A DNA stretch of 64,000 bases from Capsulimonadaceae bacterium (GCA_965215505.1 OZ244065.1:5024001-5088000); one strand, 5' to 3'; positions 1 through 12,850 are shown, counted from the stretch's first letter. The notes: generated by a model not told the origin, from the letters alone. Program-made: numbers and translations.

Positions 1-373
1 GCAGGGTCAGGCCCAGATAGACCAGCACGGCGCTCGTCCGCGTCCACAGCCCCAGGGTCAGGCACAGCGCGGCCAGAAGGTAGACCACGAACAGCAGTGT
101 CAGGAAATGGTCGGCACCCGGCAGGGCAAGCAGGTTGATCTGATACCCCGCCCCAAGCCCCTGGCCGGTCGCCGGGCCGTTGGTCGCGTTGTATTCCAGG
201 GCCTGCGCGACCGGCAGGACCCCCCCCTGCGAGAACCACAGGAAACGCTCGGGGAAGAACAGAAGGCCGTAGGCCAGGGTCCAGAAGCCGAAGACCAGCC
301 GGAACAGGCCCAGCGGGACCGAAGACACCGGGCCGAACCAGAACCCATTCCAGCCGCGCCTGATGTCCTTCAC
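1..373 (-). CDS. HTTM-domain membrane protein (3' end runs off the window)
   Basis: Manual translation from GTG at 373, which overlaps the stop of the upstream [34 protein letters not shown]...LAALCLTLGLWTRTSAVLVYLGL. The LGLFR and LGxxTR patterns are typical of HTTM proteins. Confidence 0.65.
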   Translation of the reverse strand, partial: MKDIRRGWNGFWFGPVSSVPLGLFRLVFGFWTLAYGLLFFPERFLWFSQGGVLPVAQALEYNATNGPATGQGLGAGYQINLLALPGADHFLTLLFVVYLLAALCLTLGLWTRTSAVLVYLGLTL

Positions 374-1035
374 TTCAAGTCCTCCGGGTGGATGGCGAGG
401 ACGAACGGCCCGCTGCCGGCCTGGAGCGGCGCGGCCTGGACAGGGGGCATCGGGACGCCGGGCGGCGGGATCACGCGGGAGTGCCGGATCAGCATGACGC
501 TGACGGGCCGGTTGTGTGGGTCGTGGTCGTTGGCGCGGGCTGCGTAGCGCGCAAGCCCCACCCAGACCGCCACGCTGTTGGCGTGGGTAGCGACCTCGAC
601 GAGCTTGCGCCAGCGCTCCTCCTCGTAGCGCCGGACGTAGCCCATGTGGGACATGCGCGGGAAGAACCAGCCGCGCTTCTCGCCGTCGGCGTAGGTGATC
701 TGGGCCTCGAGAGTGACGTCCAGCTTGTCCGGGTAGGGCGAGAACATGCTCCAAGACTGCGCGAACGAGGTCAGGGTCATGTAGGTCCGCACCAGGCCGA
801 CGCCGACGGGCGACTGTTCGATGGCGCTGTTGCTGGGTGAAAGCCAGACCGCCAGGGCGAACAGGTGCCAGACGATGAACACGTTGACCAAACGGCGCGT
901 CCACCAGCGCCGTTCCAGCCGGCTCACCCGCCGCAGACGGACGGCGGCCCGCTGGCCCTCGGTCCGGCCCTGGCCGGAGGACTTCGCCTCCTCGCGCGCT
1001 TCTTCTACCGCCTCATCGGATGTGACTACGAACAT
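370..1035 (-). CDS. Hypothetical membrane protein, probable HTTM partner (QxWxMFxP motif)
   Basis: 221-aa ORF with a TM segment, QSWSMFSP and RWRK motifs; overlaps both glyQS and the HTTM gene. Confidence 0.6.
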   Translation of the reverse strand: MFVVTSDEAVEEAREEAKSSGQGRTEGQRAAVRLRRVSRLERRWWTRRLVNVFIVWHLFALAVWLSPSNSAIEQSPVGVGLVRTYMTLTSFAQSWSMFSPYPDKLDVTLEAQITYADGEKRGWFFPRMSHMGYVRRYEEERWRKLVEVATHANSVAVWVGLARYAARANDHDPHNRPVSVMLIRHSRVIPPPGVPMPPVQAAPLQAGSGPFVLAIHPEDLK

Positions 1036-2416
1036 ACGCCTCCAGGTCCGCGACGGCGACCCGCTCCTGCTTCATCGTGTCCCGGTCCCGCACCGTGACG
1101 GTGTCTTTGAGGCTCGCGTCGTCCTCGCGGCCCAGGGTGTCAAAGTCTACGGTCACGCACAGCGGCGTCCCCACCTCGTCCTGGCGGCGGTACAGCTTGC
1201 CGATGCCCGCCGAGTCGTCATAGACGGCGCGGATGTCGCCGGTCGCCTGAAGCCCCCGCTTGATCGCCTTGGCCGTGGCGACAATGGAAGGCTCGTTCTT
1301 CTTCAGGGGCAGCACGGCCACCTTGATCGGGGCCAGCGCGGGCTTCAGGCGCAGGACGACGCGCGTCTCGCCGTTCTCTAACACTTCCTCATCATAGGCG
1401 GCGCACAAGGCGGCCAAAACCCCACGGTCTACGCCCGCCGACGGCTCGATCACATACGGGACGATGTGCCGGGTGTTTGCCTGGTCGAAATAGGTCAGCC
1501 GCTCGGTCGAGTGTTCGTTCGTCATCACCGAGGCCGACAGGCCGAGCTTCTCCTGCTCCTTGGAGTGCGAGCCGAGGTCGTAGTCGGTGCGGTTGGCGAT
1601 GCCTTCCAGCTCCTCCCAGCCGATGGGGAAGTGGTACATCAGATCCACGGTGCGCTTGGAGTAGTGCGCCAGCTCCCCGGCGGGCACCTCATATAGCCGC
1701 AAGTCCTCGGCCCGGAGTCCGACCTCGTTGACCCACCAGTCCATGTGGTCCTGTATCCAGTTCTCGTGGATCGCCTCGTCCTCGCCGGGCATCACAAAAT
1801 ACTCGATCTCCATCTGCTCGAACTCGCGCACCCGGAACAGGAAGTTGCGCGGCGTGATCTCATTGCGGAACGACTTACCGATCTGTGCCAGCCCGAACGG
1901 CAGCTTCCGGTTGGTGGACGACAGCACGTTCTTGAAGTTGACGAACATCCCCTGGGCCGTCTCAGGGCGCAAATAGGCGAACGAGTCCGCCTCGGCGACC
2001 GGCCCGACGGCGGTCTTGAACATCATGTTGAAGGCGCGCGGCTCGGTCAGCTCGCCCTCGCACTCGCCGGGGTGGAGGCTCGCGTGTTTCAGGCAGGCCG
2101 CCTCGCCCAGTTTGTCCGCCCGGAACCGGCCCTTGCAGGTCTTGCAGTCTACAAGGGGGTCCACGAACGTCTCTTCGTGGCCCGAATAGCGCCAGACGTT
2201 CTTGTTCATCAGAATCGCCGTGTCCACGCCCTCGATGTCATCGCGCTCGTAGACGTGGTGGCGCCACCAGAGCCGCTTCAGGTTGTTCTTGAGTTCCACG
2301 CCCAGCGGGCCGTAGTCGAAGGTCCCCTGCAAACCGCCGTAGATCTCGCTGCCGGGGAAGATGAAGCCGCGCCGCTTGCAGAGCGAGACGACCTGGTCCA
2401 GTGTTTCCGCTGCCAT
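1013..2416 (-). CDS. glyQS: Glycine--tRNA ligase, homodimeric alpha2 type
   Basis: [58 protein letters not shown] and a C-terminal anticodon-binding domain. Confidence 0.97.
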   Translation of the reverse strand: MAAETLDQVVSLCKRRGFIFPGSEIYGGLQGTFDYGPLGVELKNNLKRLWWRHHVYERDDIEGVDTAILMNKNVWRYSGHEETFVDPLVDCKTCKGRFRADKLGEAACLKHASLHPGECEGELTEPRAFNMMFKTAVGPVAEADSFAYLRPETAQGMFVNFKNVLSSTNRKLPFGLAQIGKSFRNEITPRNFLFRVREFEQMEIEYFVMPGEDEAIHENWIQDHMDWWVNEVGLRAEDLRLYEVPAGELAHYSKRTVDLMYHFPIGWEELEGIANRTDYDLGSHSKEQEKLGLSASVMTNEHSTERLTYFDQANTRHIVPYVIEPSAGVDRGVLAALCAAYDEEVLENGETRVVLRLKPALAPIKVAVLPLKKNEPSIVATAKAIKRGLQATGDIRAVYDDSAGIGKLYRRQDEVGTPLCVTVDFDTLGREDDASLKDTVTVRDRDTMKQERVAVADLEAYVRSHIR

Positions 2417-2494
2417 AGTTGCTTGTCCAATCCTTGCGCGTCATGCGCTGCTTTATTGTATCACAAACCGGCCCCATTGCCAATTCTTCTCTAA

Positions 2495-2527
2495 TACTTT
2501 GCAATACAAAGTAGTTTGTGGTATAAC
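2495..2527 (+). promoter_or_regulatory. Sigma70 promoter with an overlapping palindromic operator
   Basis: TTGCAA(2499-2504)-17 nt-TATAAC(2522-2527). The perfect inverted repeat TACTTTG-N5-CAAAGTA (2495-2513) covers the -35. AGGAGG RBS follows. Confidence 0.6.
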
Positions 2528-2545
2528 ATCATCAGGAGGAACGAC

Positions 2546-4063
2546 GTGATGACTGTGACGACAAGGATTGGCTTGGGGCTGCTGCCGACCGCGCTAGCGA
2601 TCGGGCTGCTGGGGGACGGGCTGCTGCGGGCGACGCCCTGGGGGGTGAACGTGTTCCTGTGGGTGCTGGCGGGGATGATCGGCCTGTTCCTGCTCGCCCG
2701 CCGCTCCGGTGTCGCCGCGCTGGGGGAGGGGATGTGGCTTGCGCCCCCCGCCCTGCTGCTGGCGGCGTGTCTGGCTTGGCGGGACTCGGCCACATTGCGA
2801 GCGCTGGACATCGGCGGCCTGCTGGCCTGCCTCGCCCTGGGCGCGGCCCGGACGCGGGCGGGGCGGGTGCGCCTGGCCGGCGTCCTAAATTACCTACTGG
2901 ACATCTTCCACATGAGCATCCAGGCCGCCTTCGGGGTCTTCCCACTGGTCTTCCGGGATGTGGAGTGGGCGACCATCCCTCGGACGGGCTGGCTGCCCCG
3001 CATCCTGGCCGTCGTGCGCGGGCTGGTCCTTGTTCTGCCCCTCTTGCTGCTCTTCGGCGGGCTGCTGATGGCCGCTGACGCCGTGTACTCGCGCCTGGTG
3101 AACACGGCCCTGCACTTTGACCTGAGTGCGCTGCTCGGCCACCTCTTCTTTACTTTGTTCCTGGCCTGGCTTGCGGCAGGCTTTGGGCGCGCACTGCTGC
3201 TGGCGACCGCGCCGGTCATCCCGCACGAGAAGCGGTTCGGTTTGCCCTCGCTGGGTCTGGTCGAGACGACGACTATCTTCACCCTGCTGAACCTGCTGTT
3301 CCTGTCCTTCGTCCTGGTCCAAGTCCGCTACTTCTTCGGCGGGGCGGCGACCGTCCAGGCGACGGCGGGCCTGACCTACGCCGAGTACGCCCGGTCGGGA
3401 TTCTTCGAGTTGGTCTGGGTCGCCGCCCTGGTCCTGCCGCTCCTGCTCGGATTGCACTGGCTCCAGCGGCCCGGTGATGCCCGCGCGCAGCGCCTGTTCT
3501 CCTGGCAGGCCGGCATCCAGGTCGCCCTGCTGTTCGTCATCATGGCCTCAGCACTGGCCCGGATGCGTCTGTATGAGGGCGAGTACGGCCTGACCGAGCT
3601 GCGCCTGTACACGACCGCCTCTATGGGCTGGCTCGCCCTCGTCTTCCTCTGGTTTTCCGCAACCGTCCTGCGCGGGCACCGTGAGCGGTTCGCCTTCGGG
3701 GCTGCCTCCTGCGCCTTCGGCCTCATCATCATCCTGCACGCCGCCAATCCCGATGACGTGATCGTCCGCGCGAACCTCGCCCACGCCGTCAAGGGCCGAG
3801 CCTTTGATGCCGAGTATGCCGCCTCCCTGAGCGCCGATGCCGTACCCGCCCTCACCGCTTCCCTGCCGACGCTCCCCCTCACCGTCCAGGGAACATTGGC
3901 CGCCCGCCTCCTGCCGCAATGGTCACACAACACCGGCGATTGGCGCTCCTGGAGCCTGGGCCGCACGCTGGCCTTCCGCGCGGTACAATCACACCGGGCG
4001 GACCTGCTGGCCGACCAGAAGTTCGCACCGAATGTGCCTGTAGAAAGGGCCGCCAATGACTGA
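2546..4063 (+). CDS. DUF4173/DUF4153-type polytopic membrane protein
   Basis: Many TM helices; LTYAEYARSGFFEL, RMRLYEGEYGLTELRL and C-terminal DWRSW motifs. Start placed after AGGAGG. Confidence 0.8.
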   Translation: MMTVTTRIGLGLLPTALAIGLLGDGLLRATPWGVNVFLWVLAGMIGLFLLARRSGVAALGEGMWLAPPALLLAACLAWRDSATLRALDIGGLLACLALGAARTRAGRVRLAGVLNYLLDIFHMSIQAAFGVFPLVFRDVEWATIPRTGWLPRILAVVRGLVLVLPLLLLFGGLLMAADAVYSRLVNTALHFDLSALLGHLFFTLFLAWLAAGFGRALLLATAPVIPHEKRFGLPSLGLVETTTIFTLLNLLFLSFVLVQVRYFFGGAATVQATAGLTYAEYARSGFFELVWVAALVLPLLLGLHWLQRPGDARAQRLFSWQAGIQVALLFVIMASALARMRLYEGEYGLTELRLYTTASMGWLALVFLWFSATVLRGHRERFAFGAASCAFGLIIILHAANPDDVIVRANLAHAVKGRAFDAEYAASLSADAVPALTASLPTLPLTVQGTLAARLLPQWSHNTGDWRSWSLGRTLAFRAVQSHRADLLADQKFAPNVPVERAAND

Positions 4064-4649
4064 CAAAACTCTCCCCGTCCGCCTCTTCTGGTGGACACTC
4101 TACGCCGCCGCCTTCGGCTACGTCGAGGCCCTGGTCGTCGTCTACATCCGCCGCTTGACCGGCATGACGCCCGGCTTGGACTACCATCAGCTCTGGACGG
4201 CCAAGCACCTGGCCTGGAATGGCCCGGCCATCATCGCCGAGATGGGGCGGCTGGGCGTCTACCAGACCGAGTACGGGCGGGAGATCGCCACCCTGCTTTT
4301 GCTGCTCGGCCCCGCCATGGCGGCGGGGCGGACCGGGCGTGAACGGCTGGCCCTGTTCCTATACACGTTCGCCGTTTGGGACGAGACGTACTACCTCTGG
4401 CTGAAACTGTGGACCGGCTTCCCGCAATCTTTGGGCAGCGCGGACATCTACTTCCTGGTCCCCATCGCCTGGTACGGCCCGGTCTGGTTCCCCGTCCTGG
4501 TCGTCATGCCCGTGCTGATCGCGCTCGCCCTGTGGCTGCTCACCCATCCTGCCCCTTCTCCTTCTGGCGCAGCTTCAGCAATGCCTGAATACCCGGCGTC
4601 AGCAGGAACAGCGCTCCCAGGGAGGCGAACGAGTCCGCCACCGGGTTAG
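4056..4649 (+). CDS. Hypothetical membrane protein
   Basis: 197-aa ORF overlapping the upstream stop; AFGYVEALVVVY, REIATL, FAVWDETYYLWL, DIYFLVPIAW. Confidence 0.75.
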   Translation: MTDKTLPVRLFWWTLYAAAFGYVEALVVVYIRRLTGMTPGLDYHQLWTAKHLAWNGPAIIAEMGRLGVYQTEYGREIATLLLLLGPAMAAGRTGRERLALFLYTFAVWDETYYLWLKLWTGFPQSLGSADIYFLVPIAWYGPVWFPVLVVMPVLIALALWLLTHPAPSPSGAASAMPEYPASAGTALPGRRTSPPPG

Positions 4650-4832
4650 GCGGCGACTTGGGGCGCAGCAGGATGGAGACCACGATCAGGCCCAATGCCC
4701 CCATCAGGATGGAGCCTTGGACCGCCGCCTTCTTGTCTTTGTCCTTGAGGGACGACACCACGACGATGATCTGGGCGATCATGCCGACGGCTAATGGGTA
4801 ACTGCCTAGCAGATGCAAAAAATGGAGCAAAG
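4540..4832 (-). CDS. Small hypothetical membrane protein (start uncertain)
   Basis: C-terminal part of ORF 4540..4995 has three hydrophobic segments; its convergent overlap with the previous gene lowers confidence. Confidence 0.35.
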
Positions 4833-5091
4833 TGTGTTCTCGCCTTCCACGTCCCGGCCCACTACTATACCCGCAGCGCGCCCACTGCCGAACTGGACAG
4901 CAGCAAGTTTCGCCGTGCGCGGCGTCCCCTATGCCCTGCCGATGCCCGTCGCCTTCGGCCTGATTGGCTTCTTCCTGTAGATTGCGGGAAAACATCGCGA
5001 CCTTCTTCGGGGCCAGGCAGTACCCGGACCGGCACGGACTCTGACCCCGTTGCCTTCGCGAAGATGAGTTCCTGGTCCCTGCTGGTCATCT

Positions 5092-5958
5092 TCAGCTTCC
5101 TGACCGTCGCCCAGCTAAAGCGGGTGAAGACCCTGGCGGAGACGCGGGCGCATCCTCCTGACGCTCGATCGTCATCGTCTGGATCACCCGCACGGTCGGG
5201 ATAACGTGCCCGAAGTCCGCTGCCCCGCGCGCGCCCCGCTCCGTCATCACCAGGGACAGCGTGACCGTCATCGTGCTGGTCTGTCGGCGCAGATTGCCCG
5301 CGCCCGCGTCAAAAATGATTTTATCCGCCCGCGCGCTCCGCGTCGTCTGGAGCAGAGTCCCGTCATGGTCCGGCGACCGGCTCTCCGCCACGACGGGCGG
5401 GAAGTCCTGCGTGATGACCGCCCATCCCCGATCCCCGTACCGCACTGCCGTCAGCGCGAGGTCCGTCTTGACCCCCTCCGCCCCCTGAAGCGCCGTACCC
5501 CGCCACGTCCCTCCCGGCCCCGCCGGTGCAAAAGGCAGCCGGAAGAACGCCCGCAGCAGTTCCCCCGTGGCAGGGTCCTCCGCTGGCGTCAGCACCTGCC
5601 CGAGCGGCGTCACCCGCACCGTCCGCGTCACCGGCGGCTGCGGAGCCGACTCGTCCTCAAACCCCGGCTCCGGCGCGACCGTGACGCGAACCGTCGCCGT
5701 CCCGTCCGACCCCACCGACAGGACCTCCTCGGTCAGCCGCTCCACGACCGGTGGCTTGTAGGCTGCGTCCGGGTCCGTCGTCTCCACCGCCCCGGCGGGG
5801 TCATCAAAGTACGGGTCCCGCTGGACCAGATACCGCAGCGTCCGCCCCGGCGTGAAGTGGTAGCGCAACTTGACCGGCGCGTCCGGGGGCTGCGCGCGGG
5901 CGATGGGGAAAGACACGAGGCAAAGCACGGCAAGGGCGAACACGGGGCGGAAGTTCAT
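5092..5958 (-). CDS. Secreted hypothetical protein
   Basis: Signal peptide MNFRPVFALAVLCLVSFPIARA followed by VKLRYHFTPG. CATAAT lies 6 nt before ATG 5958. Confidence 0.7.
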   Translation of the reverse strand: MNFRPVFALAVLCLVSFPIARAQPPDAPVKLRYHFTPGRTLRYLVQRDPYFDDPAGAVETTDPDAAYKPPVVERLTEEVLSVGSDGTATVRVTVAPEPGFEDESAPQPPVTRTVRVTPLGQVLTPAEDPATGELLRAFFRLPFAPAGPGGTWRGTALQGAEGVKTDLALTAVRYGDRGWAVITQDFPPVVAESRSPDHDGTLLQTTRSARADKIIFDAGAGNLRRQTSTMTVTLSLVMTERGARGAADFGHVIPTVRVIQTMTIERQEDAPASPPGSSPALAGRRSGS

Positions 5959-6067
5959 AAGGAGATTATGGCACAATATGGGGGGCGGCTAGAGCGCGGC
6001 CAGAAGTGCGGGGATGTCGGCGGGGGAACACTCTTGGGGTTCAGCGTCCCCAGCCGCATTCACCAGG

Positions 6068-6970
6068 TTATGGCTGATTTGGCAGCTTCATATAGCAACC
6101 CGGCCAATCTTTGCCTGCGTATTTCTTGAACGGGATGCTCTGGCCAGGAAGGTTCAAATCCTGCCTAGCCCGCATGAGCCACAACAAGACAGCCGAAGCG
6201 GCTTCCACCAACAGAATACCTTGTTGGAGGTACGAAAATGCCGGTTTCTGGTCGCTGCCTCGGGTCTTATTTTCTACATAACTCGTCTCATTCCAGAAGG
6301 AGATGAGTAGCGATTCTGCGGCTGCAAGTGCGTCCAAGGTGAATGTTTGACCACTCTGCTCGGGGGAGACGAAAACCCACCACAGAACAGGATTATTGCT
6401 CTTCAGACGATTATTCATGTGCTGGAAAAGGCGAACGTCAAACTCGTCCGTTTTCCCAAGGTAAAGCTGCTCGGCGGTTCGGAGAAAATAAAGCCCGCGA
6501 TGTGTCCCGAATGGTTTACTTGATGGGAATTGTGTACCAACAAAGACATGAAGAATGGGCAATGCGGGATCTCGAAGTGTGACAGTGAACTCGTGGTGGG
6601 TTGTTGGTGCGTTTGCCTGTGGTGGGGGAGCCAATATCGGTTTGTCTGAGAGTTGTCGCACTGATTTATGTGGCGGCAGATACAAAAGCCGCCATTCCTT
6701 AGACCATTGCGGTTGTAAAGGGCTTGGCGGCGTACCGCCCGGTGACAGCACAGGCGGCGACCGTCTGCGGAGAACTTTGATGAAATCATCTGCCGCACCG
6801 CCTTTGTTGTTCAGCGGCGCTAGGCCCAGTTCGTTGCGTGCCGCCTGCACCTGCTCCTTGGTAACATTATTAACCGTCAGTCTCTCTTTGGCGACGTGAA
6901 TCTCCCATGCCATCGTCCGAAGGAAAACGGCTTCTAAAGGGCTTTTGTAGGAGAGGGGCAACGCTGGCAT
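6068..6970 (-). CDS. GIY-YIG nuclease-domain protein
   Basis: GLYFL...LYLGKT...RLFQH matches the GIY-YIG core. Visibly lower GC than the flanks. Alternative start at 7018. Confidence 0.6.
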   Translation of the reverse strand: MPALPLSYKSPLEAVFLRTMAWEIHVAKERLTVNNVTKEQVQAARNELGLAPLNNKGGAADDFIKVLRRRSPPVLSPGGTPPSPLQPQWSKEWRLLYLPPHKSVRQLSDKPILAPPPQANAPTTHHEFTVTLRDPALPILHVFVGTQFPSSKPFGTHRGLYFLRTAEQLYLGKTDEFDVRLFQHMNNRLKSNNPVLWWVFVSPEQSGQTFTLDALAAAESLLISFWNETSYVENKTRGSDQKPAFSYLQQGILLVEAASAVLLWLMRARQDLNLPGQSIPFKKYAGKDWPGCYMKLPNQP

Positions 6971-7043
6971 TATGCTGCTTTCTTGAAATATACTGTGCCC
7001 ACTCAGTACCTTCGCCAACTATGGCATATTCGGGGCGGAAGCT

Positions 7044-7282
7044 TTATGCGCTCGGAACCAGCAGGACGTCAAGGTGGTCGTTCTGCTTTAGCTCGCCCTC
7101 GATATCCGTCAACACGCCGAAGTAGCTGTAAGTGATGGGTTGTGCGTCGTGGGGCGGACGGGCACATACCACCAGTCGCCGTCGGCACGGACGAGACGTT
7201 CTACGACCTCGATGGTCATTTCGGCGGACTGATGCGGTCCCAGATACTGGTTCACACGCTGAATGATGTCTTGCTTACTCAT
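7044..7282 (-). pseudogene. Small HEPN-partner gene with a 1-nt frameshift
   Basis: MSKQDIIQRVNQYL...DGDWWYVPVRP continues in another frame as DAQPITYSYFGVLTDIEGELKQNDHLDVLLVPSA*; the shift is near 7150. Confidence 0.55.
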
Positions 7283-7655
7283 CGTCAACCTCCAGTGTCA
7301 GTAGGACGGTGTTTACATCGCGCAGTGCGTTAATCGCAATGGTGCGGTCGAGATAGGTCGCGGGCACATAATCCGCGATGACACGCGCCTTCCGAAGTCG
7401 GCTGACGGCTTTCATCAGGATGAAGCGTGTCTCGCGCGACAACCCATCGAGATTACGAAGGATATAGGCCGGTAGATCGGCATGAGCCGGGTTGTCCCGA
7501 CCCTCCTTGTAAATAACCTTGCCTTCAAGCGCGTTGGAGAGAGCCGCATAAGCGGCATAGCAGGAACGGTTGATGCTGCTCCGCAGGCCCCCATCCGTGA
7601 GCAGGTTCTTTGCCGACCTGCGACACTCCAGACTTAGCTCCCGCCATGTTGCCAT
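7275..7655 (-). CDS. HEPN domain protein
   Basis: RSSINRSCYAAYAA, NPAH and LRKARVIADY pattern of small HEPN proteins; preceded by AGGAGG and its own TACAAT. Confidence 0.7.
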   Translation of the reverse strand: MATWRELSLECRRSAKNLLTDGGLRSSINRSCYAAYAALSNALEGKVIYKEGRDNPAHADLPAYILRNLDGLSRETRFILMKAVSRLRKARVIADYVPATYLDRTIAINALRDVNTVLLTLEVDDE

Positions 7656-7694
7656 TGTACGCTCCTCCTGATTGTACCTGCGCCCGCCCCCGAG

Positions 7695-10577
<2,883 letters not shown>

Positions 10578-10630
10578 TCACCCTGCCCCCTACGCAAACA
10601 AAAAACGGGCCGCAATGCGCCCCGTTCGGA

Positions 10631-10677
10631 AAACATCTGTTCCCCCTAGTGTACCCCAGGCAGGATTACTTGGTCAA
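10631..10677 (-). promoter_or_regulatory. uvrA promoter with candidate LexA (SOS) box
   Basis: Minus strand TTGACC-18 nt-TACACT, then GAAC-AGAT-GTTT (10631-10642), similar to the GAAC-N4-GTTC LexA box. Confidence 0.55.
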
Positions 10678-10684
10678 GGCCACG

Positions 10685-11263
10685 CTAGTCCGCAAACACC
10701 TCCGCAACGGGGACAATCAGCCCCGGAAAGACGGCCGACGCCACGGCCTGCCCCACCTCATAGTTCGCCACCGTCCGCGTCCCATCCGGCGTCAAGGCCA
10801 GCACCTCCACCGTCCTGTCGTCGGGCCGCACCACCCAGCACTCGTCCACACCGATGGCGATATAGTCCGCCAGCTTGCCTTCCAGAACGTGCTGGGTTTC
10901 CCTTCCCCAAACGATTTCGACCACTAGCTCTGGGCCAATCTCTAAAGGCCCGATTTCGGGCGGGCCACCGCCCTCCGCCAAGCGAGCGCCGCTGATGAAC
11001 AGCAGATCGGGCTGACGGATTTGCAAGGGGCTCCGCCGAATGAGCAGATCAAATGCCGAGGGGACGACGTAACCACCGGTAGCCCGCTCATAATCAATCA
11101 GGCCCGAACTGAGGCTGATGATGATGCGCTGCCGGTCCCAACTTAGTTCCGGCTGAAAGACCCGAACACCCTTGACAATGTCGTAGCGCCCCTCCACTTC
11201 CGGCTCCACCATGTACGCCTCATAGGTGAGCGTCGCGGCGGGCGCTTCGGTCATCGTCGTCAT
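10685..11263 (-). CDS. Uma2-family (DUF820) endonuclease-like protein
   Basis: RQPDLLFI, PELVVEIV, KLADYIAIGVDECWVV. Confidence 0.85.
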   Translation of the reverse strand: MTTMTEAPAATLTYEAYMVEPEVEGRYDIVKGVRVFQPELSWDRQRIIISLSSGLIDYERATGGYVVPSAFDLLIRRSPLQIRQPDLLFISGARLAEGGGPPEIGPLEIGPELVVEIVWGRETQHVLEGKLADYIAIGVDECWVVRPDDRTVEVLALTPDGTRTVANYEVGQAVASAVFPGLIVPVAEVFAD

Positions 11264-11295
11264 CGGGTTTCCTCCTCAACGATCCAAGCGTGACA

Positions 11296-11733
11296 CTATC
11301 CCTTTTGGTCTGCAAAAGACCTATTCGACCACATCTTCAGCTTATAACCTTCACAAACAATCTCGAAAGTATCGTCATAAGTTCCAAAATGGTAGTGTTT
11401 GTGGTCCCGTGTGACTTTGCCGCCTAGTTCTGCAACCCACTGTGAGTTGATGATCTCGTCAAAGCTGCTACAGTCTCCCGTGACCTCCTTCATGGGATCA
11501 AGATGATGGAGGGAGTCAATCTCAATCATCTTCAAGGCGAGAACGCCCGAGAAGGTCAGTTTGTAAAAGATGTGATCATTTGTTGGTACGGATGCCAGAT
11601 GGCCATTAAAACTGCCTTCTAGAATGAGATCGCCTCCGTCGTAAAACAGGCAGTTCAGAGAGATCGCATCGCGCCCCACTAAAACTCCAATTTTCGTCTC
11701 AATGGCTCTGAAGTGTTGTTCTCCCATGGGCAT
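11296..11733 (-). CDS. Hypothetical protein
   Basis: 145-aa lower-GC ORF with a GGGGG RBS-like run; C-terminal HYHFGTYDDTFEIVC. Confidence 0.6.
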   Translation of the reverse strand: MPMGEQHFRAIETKIGVLVGRDAISLNCLFYDGGDLILEGSFNGHLASVPTNDHIFYKLTFSGVLALKMIEIDSLHHLDPMKEVTGDCSSFDEIINSQWVAELGGKVTRDHKHYHFGTYDDTFEIVCEGYKLKMWSNRSFADQKG

Positions 11734-11799
11734 AGCCCCCTAGTTCCGCATGGGCGGGCGCTTCTCCTGCCGCTTTGCTTACTGAGGTACAATGACTCC

Positions 11800-12398
11800 A
11801 TGGACAGCACGGAAGCGCAGGCGCAGCAGGAAGTCGCACAAGTCGTTGGTATCGTGGAAGAGTTGACCGGCCTCCCTTCGCGGTGGAGCGGGCGGGTAGA
11901 GCTAATGCCAGAGCCAGAATACAGAGGGGCGAAGTCATTTTCCTGTTCTATTTCCCTGGCTACGGCGATAGTGGACCAAGACAGGCGCTGGATGACCTTG
12001 ATCCATGAGGCGCTGCACTGCGCTCGGTGGGATTCGTGCGGAACGATTTCGAGCAAGCGCCGGGATGGGAAGAAGGGGTCGTCGAGCAGATGCAGCGCCT
12101 CTTCCGACCGCAAATACTGGCGCGGCTCTCTGTCTCCGTCCCGCCGCAGGTGATCGCTGATGCGGATGCGTCGCACTCTTACAACCGCTACATCGTCGCT
12201 CTGGAAGAGATTCGGGAAGTGCTACAGGCCGAGAAGATGCAATTTTACCTGCACTTGTTGCAGACGCCAATCAAGGGCAGAATTAGTGCCGTGCTTGCGG
12301 AGATGCGCGCCCTGAGCGGAGACGAGAGGAGCGAGTTCGTGCGCGTATTCGCCAAGTCAAATGCCACGCTAAAGGAGAAGCTGCAATGGATCGAGTAG
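11800..12398 (+). pseudogene. Zincin-like (HExxH) protein split by a 1-nt frameshift
   Basis: TLIHEALH ends the sensible part of one frame. GWEEGVVEQ, carrying the candidate third Zn ligand, follows in the next frame from about 12024. Confidence 0.6.
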
Positions 12399-12850
12399 AA
12401 GACCCCGCTCGCGAACGACTCAACAGGCGGGTGTTGTCCGCGCGTGGACTGCCCGATGTCCTCGCTGCGAAAGAAGCCCTGAGACAATGGATGCGGGACC
12501 ATCCGGACGATCAAGGGATGCGAGAGGGGTTTGAACAGCTCTTTCTCATGCAGGAGATCGCGGAATGGAAGCTGGCAAACCCCGAGGAGTGGCAAGCCCA
12601 GCAGGAGGCCGAGCGGCGCGCGGTCGCCGCCCTTGAGCCGGAGCGGGGCCAGTTGCTTCGGGACGCGCGCCAGGCGCGGACATTGGCCCAACTCGACCGG
12701 GCGGAGCGGGAGTTGTTTCAGTGGGTCGCTGAACACCCCGAGGACTTAAACCGGGACCTGGGCATCATCGAGGCGATGGAGTCAGTCTTGACACGGCCGG
12801 AGGCAGTGGCAGCGCAGCCGGAGCCGGTACTTGCAGGGCGGGCCGCCTAG
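12386..12850 (+). CDS. Hypothetical alpha-helical protein
   Basis: 154-aa ORF with AAGGAG RBS, overlapping the preceding gene; two similar WxxxHPxD units. Confidence 0.65.
   Translation: MDRVEDPARERLNRRVLSARGLPDVLAAKEALRQWMRDHPDDQGMREGFEQLFLMQEIAEWKLANPEEWQAQQEAERRAVAALEPERGQLLRDARQARTLAQLDRAERELFQWVAEHPEDLNRDLGIIEAMESVLTRPEAVAAQPEPVLAGRAA

Noticed and set aside
4865-5089. 74-aa Arg-rich ORF
   Set aside because: It could be real because it follows the upstream stop closely, but it has no recognisable motif and too little support to list.
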